DNA from: an uncultured Acidimicrobiia bacterium
GTDB taxonomy: Bacteria > Actinomycetota > Acidimicrobiia > IMCC26256 > JAENVU01
DNA length: 64,000 bases
Reading direction: 5' to 3'
Assembly: GCA_963770095.1 (NCBI GenBank)
Contig: CAVYOO010000003.1
Coordinates: 432,681-496,680, forward strand
Positions 49,321 through 58,795 of the stretch are shown one piece after another; positions within the stretch are counted from its first letter, which is position 1, and each line of letters starts with the position of its first letter. The notes under the pieces are model-generated. The model worked only from the letters and a program-made list of their open reading frames with translations, made no database searches and was not told where the DNA came from. The position numbers were made by a program, and so were the translations under genes.

Positions 49321-50728
49321 ATGACCCGAACACGCGTTCGCTTCTCCTGCAGTGAGTGTGGCGCCCAGGCGCCGAAGTGGCTGGGCCGGTGCCCCGAGTG
49401 CGGCGGCTGGGACACCCTCGCCGAGGAGACGGTGCCCGCGACCGGCACGGCCGGAGGAGGCGGTTCCAGTCCCTCGGACCGGCCGGTCCCGCTGGGCGAC
49501 GTGGACACCGGCGTCGCCGCGATGCGCCCCACCGGGATCGAGGAGCTCGACCGGGTGCTCGGCGGTGGGCTCGTCGGCGGCTCGGTCACGCTCCTCGGGG
49601 GTGAGCCCGGGATCGGCAAGAGCACGCTCATGCTCCAGGCCCTCGCGCGCATGGCGACTGCGGGGGCGCGCGTGCTTCTGGTCACCGCCGAGGAGTCGAA
49701 GGAACAGGTCCGCCTGCGCGCCGAACGACTCGGGGCACTGCATCAGAACCTCCTGATCGTCGCCGAGACCTCGCTCCCGCACGTGCTCACCCACGTGGCC
49801 GAGGTCGCGCCGGACGTGCTCGCGGTCGACTCGATCCAGACCGTCGCCGACCCGGACGTGCCGGGGGTGCCCGGGTCGGTCAGCCAGGTGCGCGAGTGCG
49901 CGCACCGGCTCGTCCGGATCGCGAAGGAGCGCAACATCCCGACACTGCTCGTCGGCCACGTCACGAAGGACGGCGCGATCGCCGGACCCCGCACCCTCGA
50001 GCACATCGTCGACACCGTCCTCGCGTTCGAAGGCGACCGTCATCACGCGCTGCGGATGCTCCACGCGCTCGAAACACCGGTTCGGCTCGACGCACGAGCT
50101 CGGGCTGTTCGCGATGGAGGAGACCGGGCTCACCGACGTCTCGGACCCGTCGAGCCTGTTCCTCGCGGACCGGCGCACCGGTCTTCCGGGCTCGGTCGTC
50201 ACCGCGGTGCTGGAAGGCGCGCGCCCGGTGCTCGTCGAGGTGCAGGCACTGGTCACCCCGTCTCGAGTGCCGGTCCCGCGGCGTTCCTCGCAGGGGCTTG
50301 ACCCGAACCGGCTCACGCTGCTGCTGGCGGTCCTGGCCGCGCGCGCCGGCCTCCCGGTCGCGGATGCCGACGTGTACGCGAGTGTCGCCGGCGGCATCCG
50401 GGTGACCGAGGCCGGCGCGGATCTCGCGGTCGCGATTGCGGTCGCGGGTGCCCGGCTCGGCCGGCCGGTCGCGGCCGACCTGGTGGCGGTCGGTGAGATC
50501 GGGTTGGGTGGCGAGGTGCGCCAGGCCGCGCAGACGCCGCGCCGGTTGGCCGAAGCGGCGCGGCTCGGATTCCGGTACGCGATCGTCCCCACATCGGTGG
50601 CCGACGCGCCGGGTCTCCAGCTCATCCGGGTCGGTACGGTGCACGAGGCGCTGCAGGCGGCGGGCCTCGGCGAGGACGCGTCGAGGCCCGCTGGCCAGCA
50701 GAAAGCTTCGCTCGCGCTGCTATCGTGA
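49321..50728 (+). CDS. radA: DNA repair protein RadA, one frameshift as given
   Basis: Zinc finger CSECGAQAPKWLGRCPECGGW and Walker A GEPGIGKST. The frame switches at about 50075 inside the KNRFG-type motif (ctcgaaa-c-accggttcggc would read LENRFGS). The Lon-like C-domain continues in ORF 50114-50728. Confidence 0.9.
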
Positions 50729-50832
50729 GCGCAGTTCTCGTACCCGAGAGCCCAATTTGTTCGGTTTTCGGCCGCGATCCCGGCAGAGCAGGAGGACCTA
50801 CGCCCGTGCCGGCAGCGCCCCGATCTGAAGCG

Positions 50833-51879
50833 ATGCTCTCCGCACTGCGGCTGGTGGCCCCGGGCCGCCCCCTGCGGGAAGGCCTCGACCGCATCGTCCA
50901 GGCCAAGATGGGCGCGCTGGTCGTCGTCGGCGACGGGCCCGACGTCCTCGCGCTGTGCTCCGGCGGCTTCCTGCTCGACGCCGAGTTCACCCCGCAGCGG
51001 CTCTCGGAGCTGGCGAAGATGGACGGGGCGATGATCCTGTCCTCGGACTGCAGCCGGATCGCGCGCGCCAACGTCCAGCTGGTGCCGAACCCCGACATCC
51101 CGACGTTGGAGACAGGTACCCGGCACCGCACCGCGGAGCGCGTCGCCAAGCAGATCGACGCGCCCGTCATCACGATCTCGGAGGAGCTCGCCCTGGTCGC
51201 GGTTCACCGCCGCGGGCTGAAGCGGACCCTGGAACCGGTGGTGCGGGTGCTCTCCCACGCCGACCAGGCGCTCCAGATCCTCGAGCGGTACAAGTCTCGT
51301 TTGGACGCGGTGAGCAACTCGCTCTCGGCGCTCGAGGTCGAGGACCTCGTGACCGTCCGCGACGTGAGCACGGCGCTCCAGCGCGCGGAGATGGTGCGGC
51401 GCATCGCCGAGGAGATCGAGGAGTACGTCATCGAGCTGGGCGCCGACGGCCGGCTGATCCTGTTGCAGCTCGAGGAGCTCATGGGTGGGGTGGAGGACGA
51501 CCGGCGCCTGTTCGCCAAGGACTACTTCGCCCCCGCGGTGGAGTACGAGCTGCACGACGTGATGAATTCGTTGGGCGAGCTGGACACGGAGACCCTGCTC
51601 GACCTGCGTGAGGTCGCCGAAGTGCTGCACCTCCCTCACGACGCGGGCCTCGACACCGCAGTGCAGCCGCACGGCTACCGGCTCCTGCACAAGATCCCGC
51701 GGCTTCCCGAGATGGTTGCGGACCACGTCGTCGAGCGGTTCGCGCACTTGCAGAAGATCATCCGCGCCGGCGTGCCGGACCTCGTCGAGGTCGAGGGAGT
51801 CGGCGAAGCTCGCGCCCGGGCGATCAAGGACGGTCTCGCGCGCCTCGCCGAGACCTCGATTCTCGAGCGGTACGTATAG
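50833..51879 (+). CDS. disA: DNA integrity scanning protein DisA (diadenylate cyclase)
   Basis: DAC motifs KMDGAMILS and GTRHRTAERVA, with a C-terminal HhH (LVEVEGVGEARARAIKDGL). The start may be upstream (GTG 50806 or the ORF-track 50725). Confidence 0.9.
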   Translation: MLSALRLVAPGRPLREGLDRIVQAKMGALVVVGDGPDVLALCSGGFLLDAEFTPQRLSELAKMDGAMILSSDCSRIARANVQLVPNPDIPTLETGTRHRTAERVAKQIDAPVITISEELALVAVHRRGLKRTLEPVVRVLSHADQALQILERYKSRLDAVSNSLSALEVEDLVTVRDVSTALQRAEMVRRIAEEIEEYVIELGADGRLILLQLEELMGGVEDDRRLFAKDYFAPAVEYELHDVMNSLGELDTETLLDLREVAEVLHLPHDAGLDTAVQPHGYRLLHKIPRLPEMVADHVVERFAHLQKIIRAGVPDLVEVEGVGEARARAIKDGLARLAETSILERYV

Positions 51880-51884
51880 GAACG

Positions 51885-52655
51885 ATGGCCGCACTCCGGG
51901 AAGGGTCGATCGAGGCCGAGTTCGAACGCATCACGCTTCGGGGCGAGGGCGGCGAGCCCGTGGACGCGATCCACGCGCGACCGACCGGCATGCCGACGAC
52001 CGGCATCGTCCTTCACCCGGACATCATGGGCATCCGTCCGCTCTTCGACGATGTGTGCCGCCGCCTGGCGACCCACGGGTTCGCGGTGTGCTCACCGGAG
52101 CCCTTCCCGTACCTCGAGGGTGCCGAGGCCCAGGACGCGATGGCGCGCATGGACCGCGTGAAGGACCTCGAGGACTCGGTGCAGATCGGGAACCTCGAGC
52201 GTGCCGCGGACTGGCTCGTCGTGCACGACGACGTGAGCGAGGTTGCGATCATCGGCTTCTGCATGGGCGGGATGTACGCGCTCAAGGCGGCGGCCACCGG
52301 TCGCTTCGATCGCGCGGTCGCGTTCTACGGGATGATCCGCGTGCCCGAGGCGTGGCACGGACCGGAGCTCGCGGAACCGCTCGACACCGCCGCTGACGTA
52401 TGCCCCACCCTCGCCATCTTCGGCGCCGAAGACCACTGGACTCCCGCCGTGGACATCGACGCGTTGCGCGGTGTGTGGAGCAACCGGCCGGATTGCGAGG
52501 TCGTGGTCTACGACGGTGCCGATCACGGGTTCGTCCACGACGCCGAACGACCGGCCCATCGGGCGGACGACGCGGCGGACGCCTGGTCGCGCGTGCTCAC
52601 CTTTCTCGGGGTGGCGCCGGCCGAGGCCGACCCGGCCGAGGAAGGCCCGCTCTAA
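51885..52655 (+). CDS. Dienelactone hydrolase family protein
   Basis: IIGFCMGG (G-x-C-x-G nucleophile) and C-terminal GADHGF. Confidence 0.8.
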   Translation: MAALREGSIEAEFERITLRGEGGEPVDAIHARPTGMPTTGIVLHPDIMGIRPLFDDVCRRLATHGFAVCSPEPFPYLEGAEAQDAMARMDRVKDLEDSVQIGNLERAADWLVVHDDVSEVAIIGFCMGGMYALKAAATGRFDRAVAFYGMIRVPEAWHGPELAEPLDTAADVCPTLAIFGAEDHWTPAVDIDALRGVWSNRPDCEVVVYDGADHGFVHDAERPAHRADDAADAWSRVLTFLGVAPAEADPAEEGPL

Positions 52656-52658
52656 CCC

Positions 52659-53324
52659 CTACGGATTCGCGCGGAGCTCGAGCGCTTCCCGGTCGAGGAT
52701 GTGGTAGCGGCTGCGCCCCGTGACCTCGACCCAACCGAGCCGGGTGAACATCGCGAGCGCCTTGTTCACGCGTTCACGTGACGCGCCGACGAGCCCGGCG
52801 AGATCTTCCTGGGTCATCGGGAGCTGGAACTCGTCGTCGGGGCCCGCGAGCTCGAGCAGCCGCTTCGCGGTGCGCGCCGGTACATCGAGGAACACGGCAT
52901 CGGCGAGCGCTTCGTCGGTGGCACGGAGCCGGCGCGCCAGCAGGCGCACGATCACCCACAGGATCTCGGGCCTCGCCTGCAACACTGCCCGCACGTCGTC
53001 GTACGCGAGCGCGACCACCTCGGAGTCCGTGAGCGCGCGGGCGTCCGCCGAGCGCGGCTCCTCGTCGAACAGACCGAGCTCGCCGAACAAGCCGCCGGCT
53101 TCGAGCACGGCGACCATCGACTCGCGCCCGTCGTTCGAGCGGGTGGCGATTGCGATCCTGCCCTCGGCGATCACGAAGAGCTCGTGCGACGGGTCACCCT
53201 GCGAGAACAGCAGCTCGCCCTTGGGGAGGGGAAGGATCTTGGTCTGGCCGCGGAGCTCCTCCATCGCGTCGGCGGGAAGGGCGGCAAAGAGCTCGGTGGC
53301 GTCCAGGAGGCGTCGCTCGGGCAC
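52659..53324 (-). CDS. crp: Crp/Fnr-family cyclic-nucleotide-binding transcriptional regulator
   Basis: cNMP-binding FGELGLFDEEPRSADARA and C-terminal HTH TQEDLAGLVGASRERVNKAL. Close to the mycobacterial Crp layout. Confidence 0.88.
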   Translation of the reverse strand: MPERRLLDATELFAALPADAMEELRGQTKILPLPKGELLFSQGDPSHELFVIAEGRIAIATRSNDGRESMVAVLEAGGLFGELGLFDEEPRSADARALTDSEVVALAYDDVRAVLQARPEILWVIVRLLARRLRATDEALADAVFLDVPARTAKRLLELAGPDDEFQLPMTQEDLAGLVGASRERVNKALAMFTRLGWVEVTGRSRYHILDREALELRANP

Positions 53325-53422
53325 CTGGCAACACTAGTGGTGGCCGTGCCGATTGCGGCCCGGTCAACGACCGGGCCCACCACGGCGGCGGGACCGGATT
53401 CTCGGCTTTCCGCGAGGTCCGG

Positions 53423-53428
53423 TACAAT
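53423..53428 (+). promoter_or_regulatory. Putative -10 hexamer TACAAT upstream of carD
   Basis: TACAAT 39 nt upstream of the carD ATG; CTGAGGAG Shine-Dalgarno follows. Sequence-based only. Confidence 0.3.
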
Positions 53429-53466
53429 CGAGGGCTTCCCCCCGGTGGTTTCTCCTGAGGAGCGTT

Positions 53467-54111
53467 ATGCCGTTCGACGTCGGCGACAAGGTCGTATATC
53501 CGCACCACGGAGCCGCGACGATCGAGAAGCGAGAGAAGAAGGAAGCCTTCGGGAAGAAGCAGGAGTACCTGGTCCTGCGGCTCGCGTACGGCGATCTCAC
53601 CCTCATGGTGCCCGCGGACAACGCCGAGGAGATCGGCCTCCGCGACGTCATCAACGACGAAGAGGTCGAGGAGGTGTTCGCGGTCCTGCGCAAGAAGGAG
53701 GCCCGGATGCCGACGAACTGGTCGCGGCGGTTCAAGAACCACGTCGAGAAGCTGAAGAGCGGCGACATCTACCAGGTGGCCGAAGTTGTCCGGAACCTGA
53801 CGATCCGTGAGAAGGACAAGGGCCTCTCCGCCGGCGAGAAGCGGATGCTGGGCAAGGCCCGCCAGATCCTCGTCTCCGAGCTGACCTTCGCGTTGAAGCT
53901 CGACGAGGAGACGGCCGAGGAGAAGCTCGACGAGGTGCTCGGCAAGGGCGAGCCGGCTGTGGCCATCGACGACGAGTCGATGCCCGTGCGGCCCCCGGCG
54001 AAGGCTGCGGCGAAGAAGGCTCCCGCGAAGAAGGCTCCCGCGAAGAAGGCGGCGAAGGCCCCGGCGAAGAAGGCCGCGGCAGCCAAGAAGGCCCCCGCCA
54101 AGGCCAAGTAG
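53467..54111 (+). CDS. carD: CarD-family RNA-polymerase-binding regulator with a Lys/Ala/Pro-rich C-terminal extension
   Basis: [23 protein letters not shown]...[28 protein letters not shown] is the canonical CarD. An extra tail of about 50 aa follows: [39 protein letters not shown]. Confidence 0.9.
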   Translation: MPFDVGDKVVYPHHGAATIEKREKKEAFGKKQEYLVLRLAYGDLTLMVPADNAEEIGLRDVINDEEVEEVFAVLRKKEARMPTNWSRRFKNHVEKLKSGDIYQVAEVVRNLTIREKDKGLSAGEKRMLGKARQILVSELTFALKLDEETAEEKLDEVLGKGEPAVAIDDESMPVRPPAKAAAKKAPAKKAPAKKAAKAPAKKAAAAKKAPAKAK

Positions 54112-54194
54112 GGCCGCGTAACCCCAGGTAGAACCACCTGGTTCAAGCCGGAGCCGCATCCCGCCGATCCCTGAGGGGTTGGGAGGGAGGCTCT

Positions 54195-55313
54195 GTGTTC
54201 GTTGAGGTCACGCGACTCTTCACCGTGGTGCTGCTGACCGCGGCCGGGTTCATGCTGGGCAAGGACCTCGCCCCGAACAGCGCCGAGCTCTCCGGAATCG
54301 GCGGAATGCTCGGCTGTCTCGTCGGCTACCTCAGTGGCGGTGTGCTCGGCCGCTTCCTCGAGCGCGCGGCCGGTGTCGTCGAGCGTCGCGTCGACCGGGT
54401 GCCGCTTCCGCAGGTCATCGCCGGAATGGTCGGGGGTGGCATCGGCGCGGTCTTCGGTCTCACGATCGCCGTGCCCCTCGTTCTGACGGTCCGCCCGATC
54501 GCGATCTCGATCGGCATCGGCGGTCTGCTCGTATGGCTCGCGATGTATCTCGGATTTCGGATCGCGTCGCGCAAGAGCGAGGAGCTCTTCGCGATGGCGG
54601 GGCTGTCGACGCGACCTTTGGTACGCGCGCGCCCGTACGATGACGACGACGGGTTCATCGTCGACTCGTCCGCGGTGATGGACGGCCAGCTCCTCCCGCT
54701 GTCCCGTTCCGGCCTGTTCCGTGACGACCTCTACGTCCCCCGCTTCGTGCTCGACGAGCTGCAGGGAATGGCCGACGCGAATGACGAGCGGTCGCGCCGC
54801 GCCCAGCGTGGCCTCGAGATCCTCGAGGTGCTGCGACGCGAAGCGCCCTCACGAGTGCTCGTCCTGGACGACGAGGTGCCCGAGGTCGACGAGGTGGACG
54901 CCAAGCTGGTCGCGCTCGCGCGCAAGCTGCAGCTCCGCCTGCTGACGAACGACGTCAACCTGGCCAAGGTCGCCGAGATCCAGGGAGTCCCCGCGGTGAT
55001 CCCGCGCCGCCTCGCTGCCGACCTCATCCCGGGGGTGCTCGCGGGCGAGACGCTCGTCGTTGCGCTGAACCGGCCCGGCCGTCACCCCGGCCAGGGGGTC
55101 GGCTTCCTCGAGGACGGCTCGATGGTCGTCGTCAATGGCGGTGAGGATCTCGTGGGTGCGGGCCCGGTCTCCCTCGTCGTGTCCTCGATCGTCCCCACCA
55201 GTGCGGGCCGGATGGTGTTCGCGCGGCCGAACGATTCGCGGCTCGGGGCCCATGCCTCCCGCGCCCAACCCGACCCGAGCGAGTCCGAGCCACCCTCGTC
55301 GCGCCAGTATTGA
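54195..55313 (+). CDS. PIN/TRAM-domain integral membrane protein (YacL-like)
   Basis: GGGAGGGAGG before GTG 54195. Four N-terminal TM helices, a PIN-like block (FIVDSSAVMDG...RFVLDELQGMAD...TNDVNLAKVAEIQG) and a TRAM-like C-terminus. Conserved position between carD and ispD. Confidence 0.75.
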   Translation: MFVEVTRLFTVVLLTAAGFMLGKDLAPNSAELSGIGGMLGCLVGYLSGGVLGRFLERAAGVVERRVDRVPLPQVIAGMVGGGIGAVFGLTIAVPLVLTVRPIAISIGIGGLLVWLAMYLGFRIASRKSEELFAMAGLSTRPLVRARPYDDDDGFIVDSSAVMDGQLLPLSRSGLFRDDLYVPRFVLDELQGMADANDERSRRAQRGLEILEVLRREAPSRVLVLDDEVPEVDEVDAKLVALARKLQLRLLTNDVNLAKVAEIQGVPAVIPRRLAADLIPGVLAGETLVVALNRPGRHPGQGVGFLEDGSMVVVNGGEDLVGAGPVSLVVSSIVPTSAGRMVFARPNDSRLGAHASRAQPDPSESEPPSSRQY

Positions 55314-55316
55314 CGG

Positions 55317-55958
55317 GTGGAGACCTGGGCGATCGTCGTGGCGGCCGGTGCCGGCGCCCGATTCGGCGGGGCCAAGCAGTTCCAGGTCGTCGATTCCGAG
55401 CGACTGGTGGACCGGGCGGTCCGGACGGCCACGCGCGGCTGTGACGGCGTTGTCGTCGTACTCCCCTCCGGGACCGAGTGGCGCGGGCCGACGGTCTCGG
55501 CGGCGGTGACCGGCGGTGCGACGCGAGCCGCGTCCGTGCGGGCCGGGCTGCGCGCGGTGCCCGAACGAGCCGAGATCATCGTCGTTCACGATGCCGCTCG
55601 CCCCCTCGCCGGTGACGCGTTGTTCGCGGCGGTGATCGACGCGATCGCCACGGGTGTGGACGGCGCGGTCCCCGGGCTGGCGGTGTCGGACACGATCAAG
55701 CGGGTAGCCGGCTCCCGCGTGATCGCGACCGTCCCGCGCGACGACCTCGTCACCGTGCAGACTCCGCAGGCGTTCCGCGCCGCGGCGTTGCGGGCTGCGC
55801 ACGGCGACGAGGGCGAGGGCACTGACGACGCCGCGCTGATCGAGGCCAGGGGAGGAACCGTCGTGGTGGTACCGGGCGAGTCGACGAATCTGAAGGTGAC
55901 GGGCCCGGAGGACCTGATGCTGATCGCCGCACTGCTGGCCCTGAAGAGCGGCGCATGA
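55317..55958 (+). CDS. ispD: 2-C-methyl-D-erythritol 4-phosphate cytidylyltransferase
   Basis: AIVVAAGAGARFGG, VHDAARPL, VQTPQAF. Confidence 0.9.
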   Translation: METWAIVVAAGAGARFGGAKQFQVVDSERLVDRAVRTATRGCDGVVVVLPSGTEWRGPTVSAAVTGGATRAASVRAGLRAVPERAEIIVVHDAARPLAGDALFAAVIDAIATGVDGAVPGLAVSDTIKRVAGSRVIATVPRDDLVTVQTPQAFRAAALRAAHGDEGEGTDDAALIEARGGTVVVVPGESTNLKVTGPEDLMLIAALLALKSGA

Positions 55959-56446
55959 TCCGCGTCGGCCTGGGCTTCGACGTCCATCCCTTCGGCGGTG
56001 ATGGGCCCCTCGTCCTCGGCGGGGTGACCATCGCCGGTCCCGGGCTCGTCGGCCACTCCGATGCCGACGTGATCGCGCACGTCGTGGCCGACTCGCTGCT
56101 CGGGCCGGTCGGGATGCCCGATCTCGGCGCGCTCTTCCCGGCATCCGACGAGCGGTACCGCGGCGCGACCTCGATGGACCTGCTGCGCGACGTGGCGCAG
56201 CGCATCCACGGCGAGCGGTGGTGGGTGACCAACGTGGATGTCGTCGTCGCGGCCGAGCAACCCCGGTTGGCGCCGCACCTCGCCGCGATGCAGGAGAACC
56301 TCAGCGCGGCGCTGAAGCCGGTGCGCGAGCCGATGGGTACCGGCGTTCACATCTCCATCACGCCCAAGCGGGGGGAGGGGCTCGGCTTCGTCGGTCGCAC
56401 GGAAGGGATCGCGGCGTGGGCCGTCGCCCTGCTCGAACTTGGCTGA
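55955..56446 (+). CDS. ispF: 2-C-methyl-D-erythritol 2,4-cyclodiphosphate synthase
   Basis: IRVGLGFDVHPF, GHSDADVIAHVVADSLLG, and a 4-nt overlap with ispD. Confidence 0.92.
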   Translation: MIRVGLGFDVHPFGGDGPLVLGGVTIAGPGLVGHSDADVIAHVVADSLLGPVGMPDLGALFPASDERYRGATSMDLLRDVAQRIHGERWWVTNVDVVVAAEQPRLAPHLAAMQENLSAALKPVREPMGTGVHISITPKRGEGLGFVGRTEGIAAWAVALLELG

Positions 56447-56478
56447 GGCGCTCGAACCGGCTGAGTAGCCTCGTCTGA

Positions 56479-57852
56479 ATGCTCCGCATCCACGACACGA
56501 TGGCCGCGCGCGAGGTGGACTTCGTCCCTCGCATCCCCGGACGCGCTTCGATGTACGTCTGCGGACCGACCGTCTACGACGTTCCCCACGTCGGTCATGG
56601 GCGCACCGCGTTGGTGTTCGACGTCATCCAGCGTTACCTCGAGTGGAGCGGGCTGGTCGTCACCTACGTGAGCAACGTGACGAACGTCGAGGACAAGATC
56701 ATCGCCCGGGCGGCGCGCGAGGGTGCCAGCGAACGTGAAGTCGCCGACCGGTACGAGAAGGAATACTGGGACCAGCTCGACCGGCTCGGGGTCCGGCGGC
56801 CCGACGACGTCCCCCGGGCGACGGAGTTCATCGACGAGATGGTCGGGCTCATCGGCGAGCTCGTCGCGCGTGGTCACGCGTACGTCATCGAGGGCGAAGG
56901 CGTCTACTTCCAGGTCGACACGTATCCCGGGTACGGCGAGCTTTCGGGGCGCAAGGTCGACGACCTCATCGAGGGGGCGGGCTCGCGCGTCGACGTCGAC
57001 GAGCAGAAGCGCAGCCCGGTCGACTTCGCGTTGTGGAAGGCCGCCAAGCCGGGCGAACCGGCCTGGGAATCCCCGTGGGGTCGTGGCCGGCCGGGCTGGC
57101 ACATCGAGTGCACGGCGATGTCGCTCCAGATCCTCGGCGAGAGCTTCGACCTGCACGGTGGCGGCGACGATCTCGTCTTCCCTCACCACGAGAACGAACG
57201 CGCCCAGGCCGAAGCGGCGGGCCATCCGTTCTCGCGTCACTGGATCCACGGCGGCATGGTCGAGATCGGCGGCGAGAAGATGTCCAAGTCGCTCGGAAAC
57301 TTCACGACCCTCGCCGAGGCGATCAACGACCACGGCGCGCGCGCCTTCCGCATGGCGGTGCTGCAAGTGCACTACCGGTCCCGCACCGAGCTGGGCCCGC
57401 CCGAGCTCCGCGCCGCCGGGGAGGCCGTCGTGCGGCTCGACGCGCTGGTGCGGCGCGCCACCGGCGCCGGCATCGATTTCGAGTCCGCTGCGTTGGACGG
57501 ACCCACCGTCACCGCATTCCGGACCGCGATGGACAACGACTTCGGTACGCCCGCCGCGGTCGCGGCGGTCTTCGACGCGGTGAAGAAGGCCAACGTGGCG
57601 ATCGATCGTGGCGACCCGGGCACCGCCGCGGGTCTGGTTGCGACCGTGCGCCACCTGGCGGGCGTGCTCGGTCTGGAGGTCGGTGTCACTTCGGAGTCCG
57701 ACGATGCGGCTGAGATCGACGCGATGGTCGCGGCCCGCGTCGCGGCGCGCGCGGCCAAGGACTTCGCGGAGGCCGACCGGATTCGCGACGAGCTCGCCAC
57801 GCGTGGCATCACCCTCGAAGACACCGCCGGCGGCACGCTCTGGCATCGATGA
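56479..57852 (+). CDS. cysS: Cysteine--tRNA ligase
   Basis: MYVCGPTVYDVPHVGHGRT (HIGH-type), WHIECTAM, KMSKSLGN. Confidence 0.93.
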   Translation: MLRIHDTMAAREVDFVPRIPGRASMYVCGPTVYDVPHVGHGRTALVFDVIQRYLEWSGLVVTYVSNVTNVEDKIIARAAREGASEREVADRYEKEYWDQLDRLGVRRPDDVPRATEFIDEMVGLIGELVARGHAYVIEGEGVYFQVDTYPGYGELSGRKVDDLIEGAGSRVDVDEQKRSPVDFALWKAAKPGEPAWESPWGRGRPGWHIECTAMSLQILGESFDLHGGGDDLVFPHHENERAQAEAAGHPFSRHWIHGGMVEIGGEKMSKSLGNFTTLAEAINDHGARAFRMAVLQVHYRSRTELGPPELRAAGEAVVRLDALVRRATGAGIDFESAALDGPTVTAFRTAMDNDFGTPAAVAAVFDAVKKANVAIDRGDPGTAAGLVATVRHLAGVLGLEVGVTSESDDAAEIDAMVAARVAARAAKDFAEADRIRDELATRGITLEDTAGGTLWHR

Positions 57853-58616
57853 GTGGCAGGCGGCCCGGCCGCGGCGACTCGAATCTCGGTGGTGATCAGG
57901 TCGAGGGCCGCAACGCGGTTCGCGAGCTCTTGCGCGCCGGGAAACGGCGCGTCTCGGAGCTCTGGGTCGTTCCTGCTCGCGATGCGCCGGTCGTCGACGA
58001 GATCATGGCGCTCGCCGGCGCGGCGGGCGCGCGTGTCCGCCAGGTGCGTCCCGACGAGCTCGACGACAAGGCGCGCACCGATGCTCCCCAGGGCGTGCTC
58101 GCGCTGGCCGCGCCCGTCCCGAACCATGACGTCGACGATCTGCTGAGCCGGCCGGATGCGTTCCTGCTCGCCCTGGACGGTGTGACCGACCCGCAGAATC
58201 TCGGTGCCGTGCTCCGGGTGGCCGAGACGGCCGGCGTGACCGGTGTGGTGCTGCCACGGCACCGGAGCGCCGGGTTGACCCCATCCGCGGTCAAGGCGGC
58301 CGCAGGGGCGGTGGAGTACCTGGCGCTCGCCACCGCATCCGGGGTTCCGGCCCTGCTCGACCGCGCGTCGCGCGCCGGCGTGTGGTCGGTCGGGCTCGAC
58401 TCGGGGGGCAACGCGGACGTGTTCGCGCTCGACGTCGCCGACCGGCCGCTGATGGTCGTGCTCGGAGCCGAGGGGCGTGGGCTCGGAAGGCTGACCCGGG
58501 AGCGCTGCGACCTGGTTGCCGGCATCCCGATGTACGGCGCGATCGAGAGCCTCAACGTCGCAACGGCCGCGGCGATCGCGTGTCACGCGATCGCGCGTCG
58601 GCGCCACGAGCAGTGA
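57849..58616 (+). CDS. rlmB: 23S rRNA (guanosine-2'-O)-methyltransferase RlmB (SpoU/TrmH family)
   Basis: GRNAVRELL, LDGVTDPQNLGAVLRVAE, VLGAEGRGL, GAIESLNVATAAAI. Confidence 0.88.
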   Translation: MSGRRPGRGDSNLGGDQVEGRNAVRELLRAGKRRVSELWVVPARDAPVVDEIMALAGAAGARVRQVRPDELDDKARTDAPQGVLALAAPVPNHDVDDLLSRPDAFLLALDGVTDPQNLGAVLRVAETAGVTGVVLPRHRSAGLTPSAVKAAAGAVEYLALATASGVPALLDRASRAGVWSVGLDSGGNADVFALDVADRPLMVVLGAEGRGLGRLTRERCDLVAGIPMYGAIESLNVATAAAIACHAIARRRHEQ

Positions 58617-58639
58617 GCCAGCACTAGCCTCGCTCCGTC

Positions 58640-58712
58640 GCCGGAGTAGCTCAGTCGGCAGAGCAGCGGTTTTGTAAACCGCAGGCCATCGGTTCGATCC
58701 CGATCTCCGGCT
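58640..58712 (+). tRNA. tRNA-Thr (anticodon TGT)
   Basis: Hand-folded: acceptor GCCGGAG/CTCCGGC, D arm GCTC-AGTCGGCA-GAGC, anticodon arm GCGGT-TTTGTAA-ACCGC, T arm ATCGG-TTCGATC-CCGAT. Confidence 0.9.
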
Positions 58713-58795
58713 CGAACAGAACAGTGCCACCTGCGCCGATCCTCGAGCCGATAGGGTCGAGGGGCCAGGATCGACCTTCACCGGAGCCTCCGACC

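Noticed and set aside
52659-53466. Canonical Crp boxes (TGTGA-N6-TCACA) near crp, carD or elsewhere.
   Set aside because: All TGTGA occurrences I checked (for example near 24889, 25885, 29128, 32033, 33432 and 34163) lack the matching TCACA half-site at 6-nt spacing.
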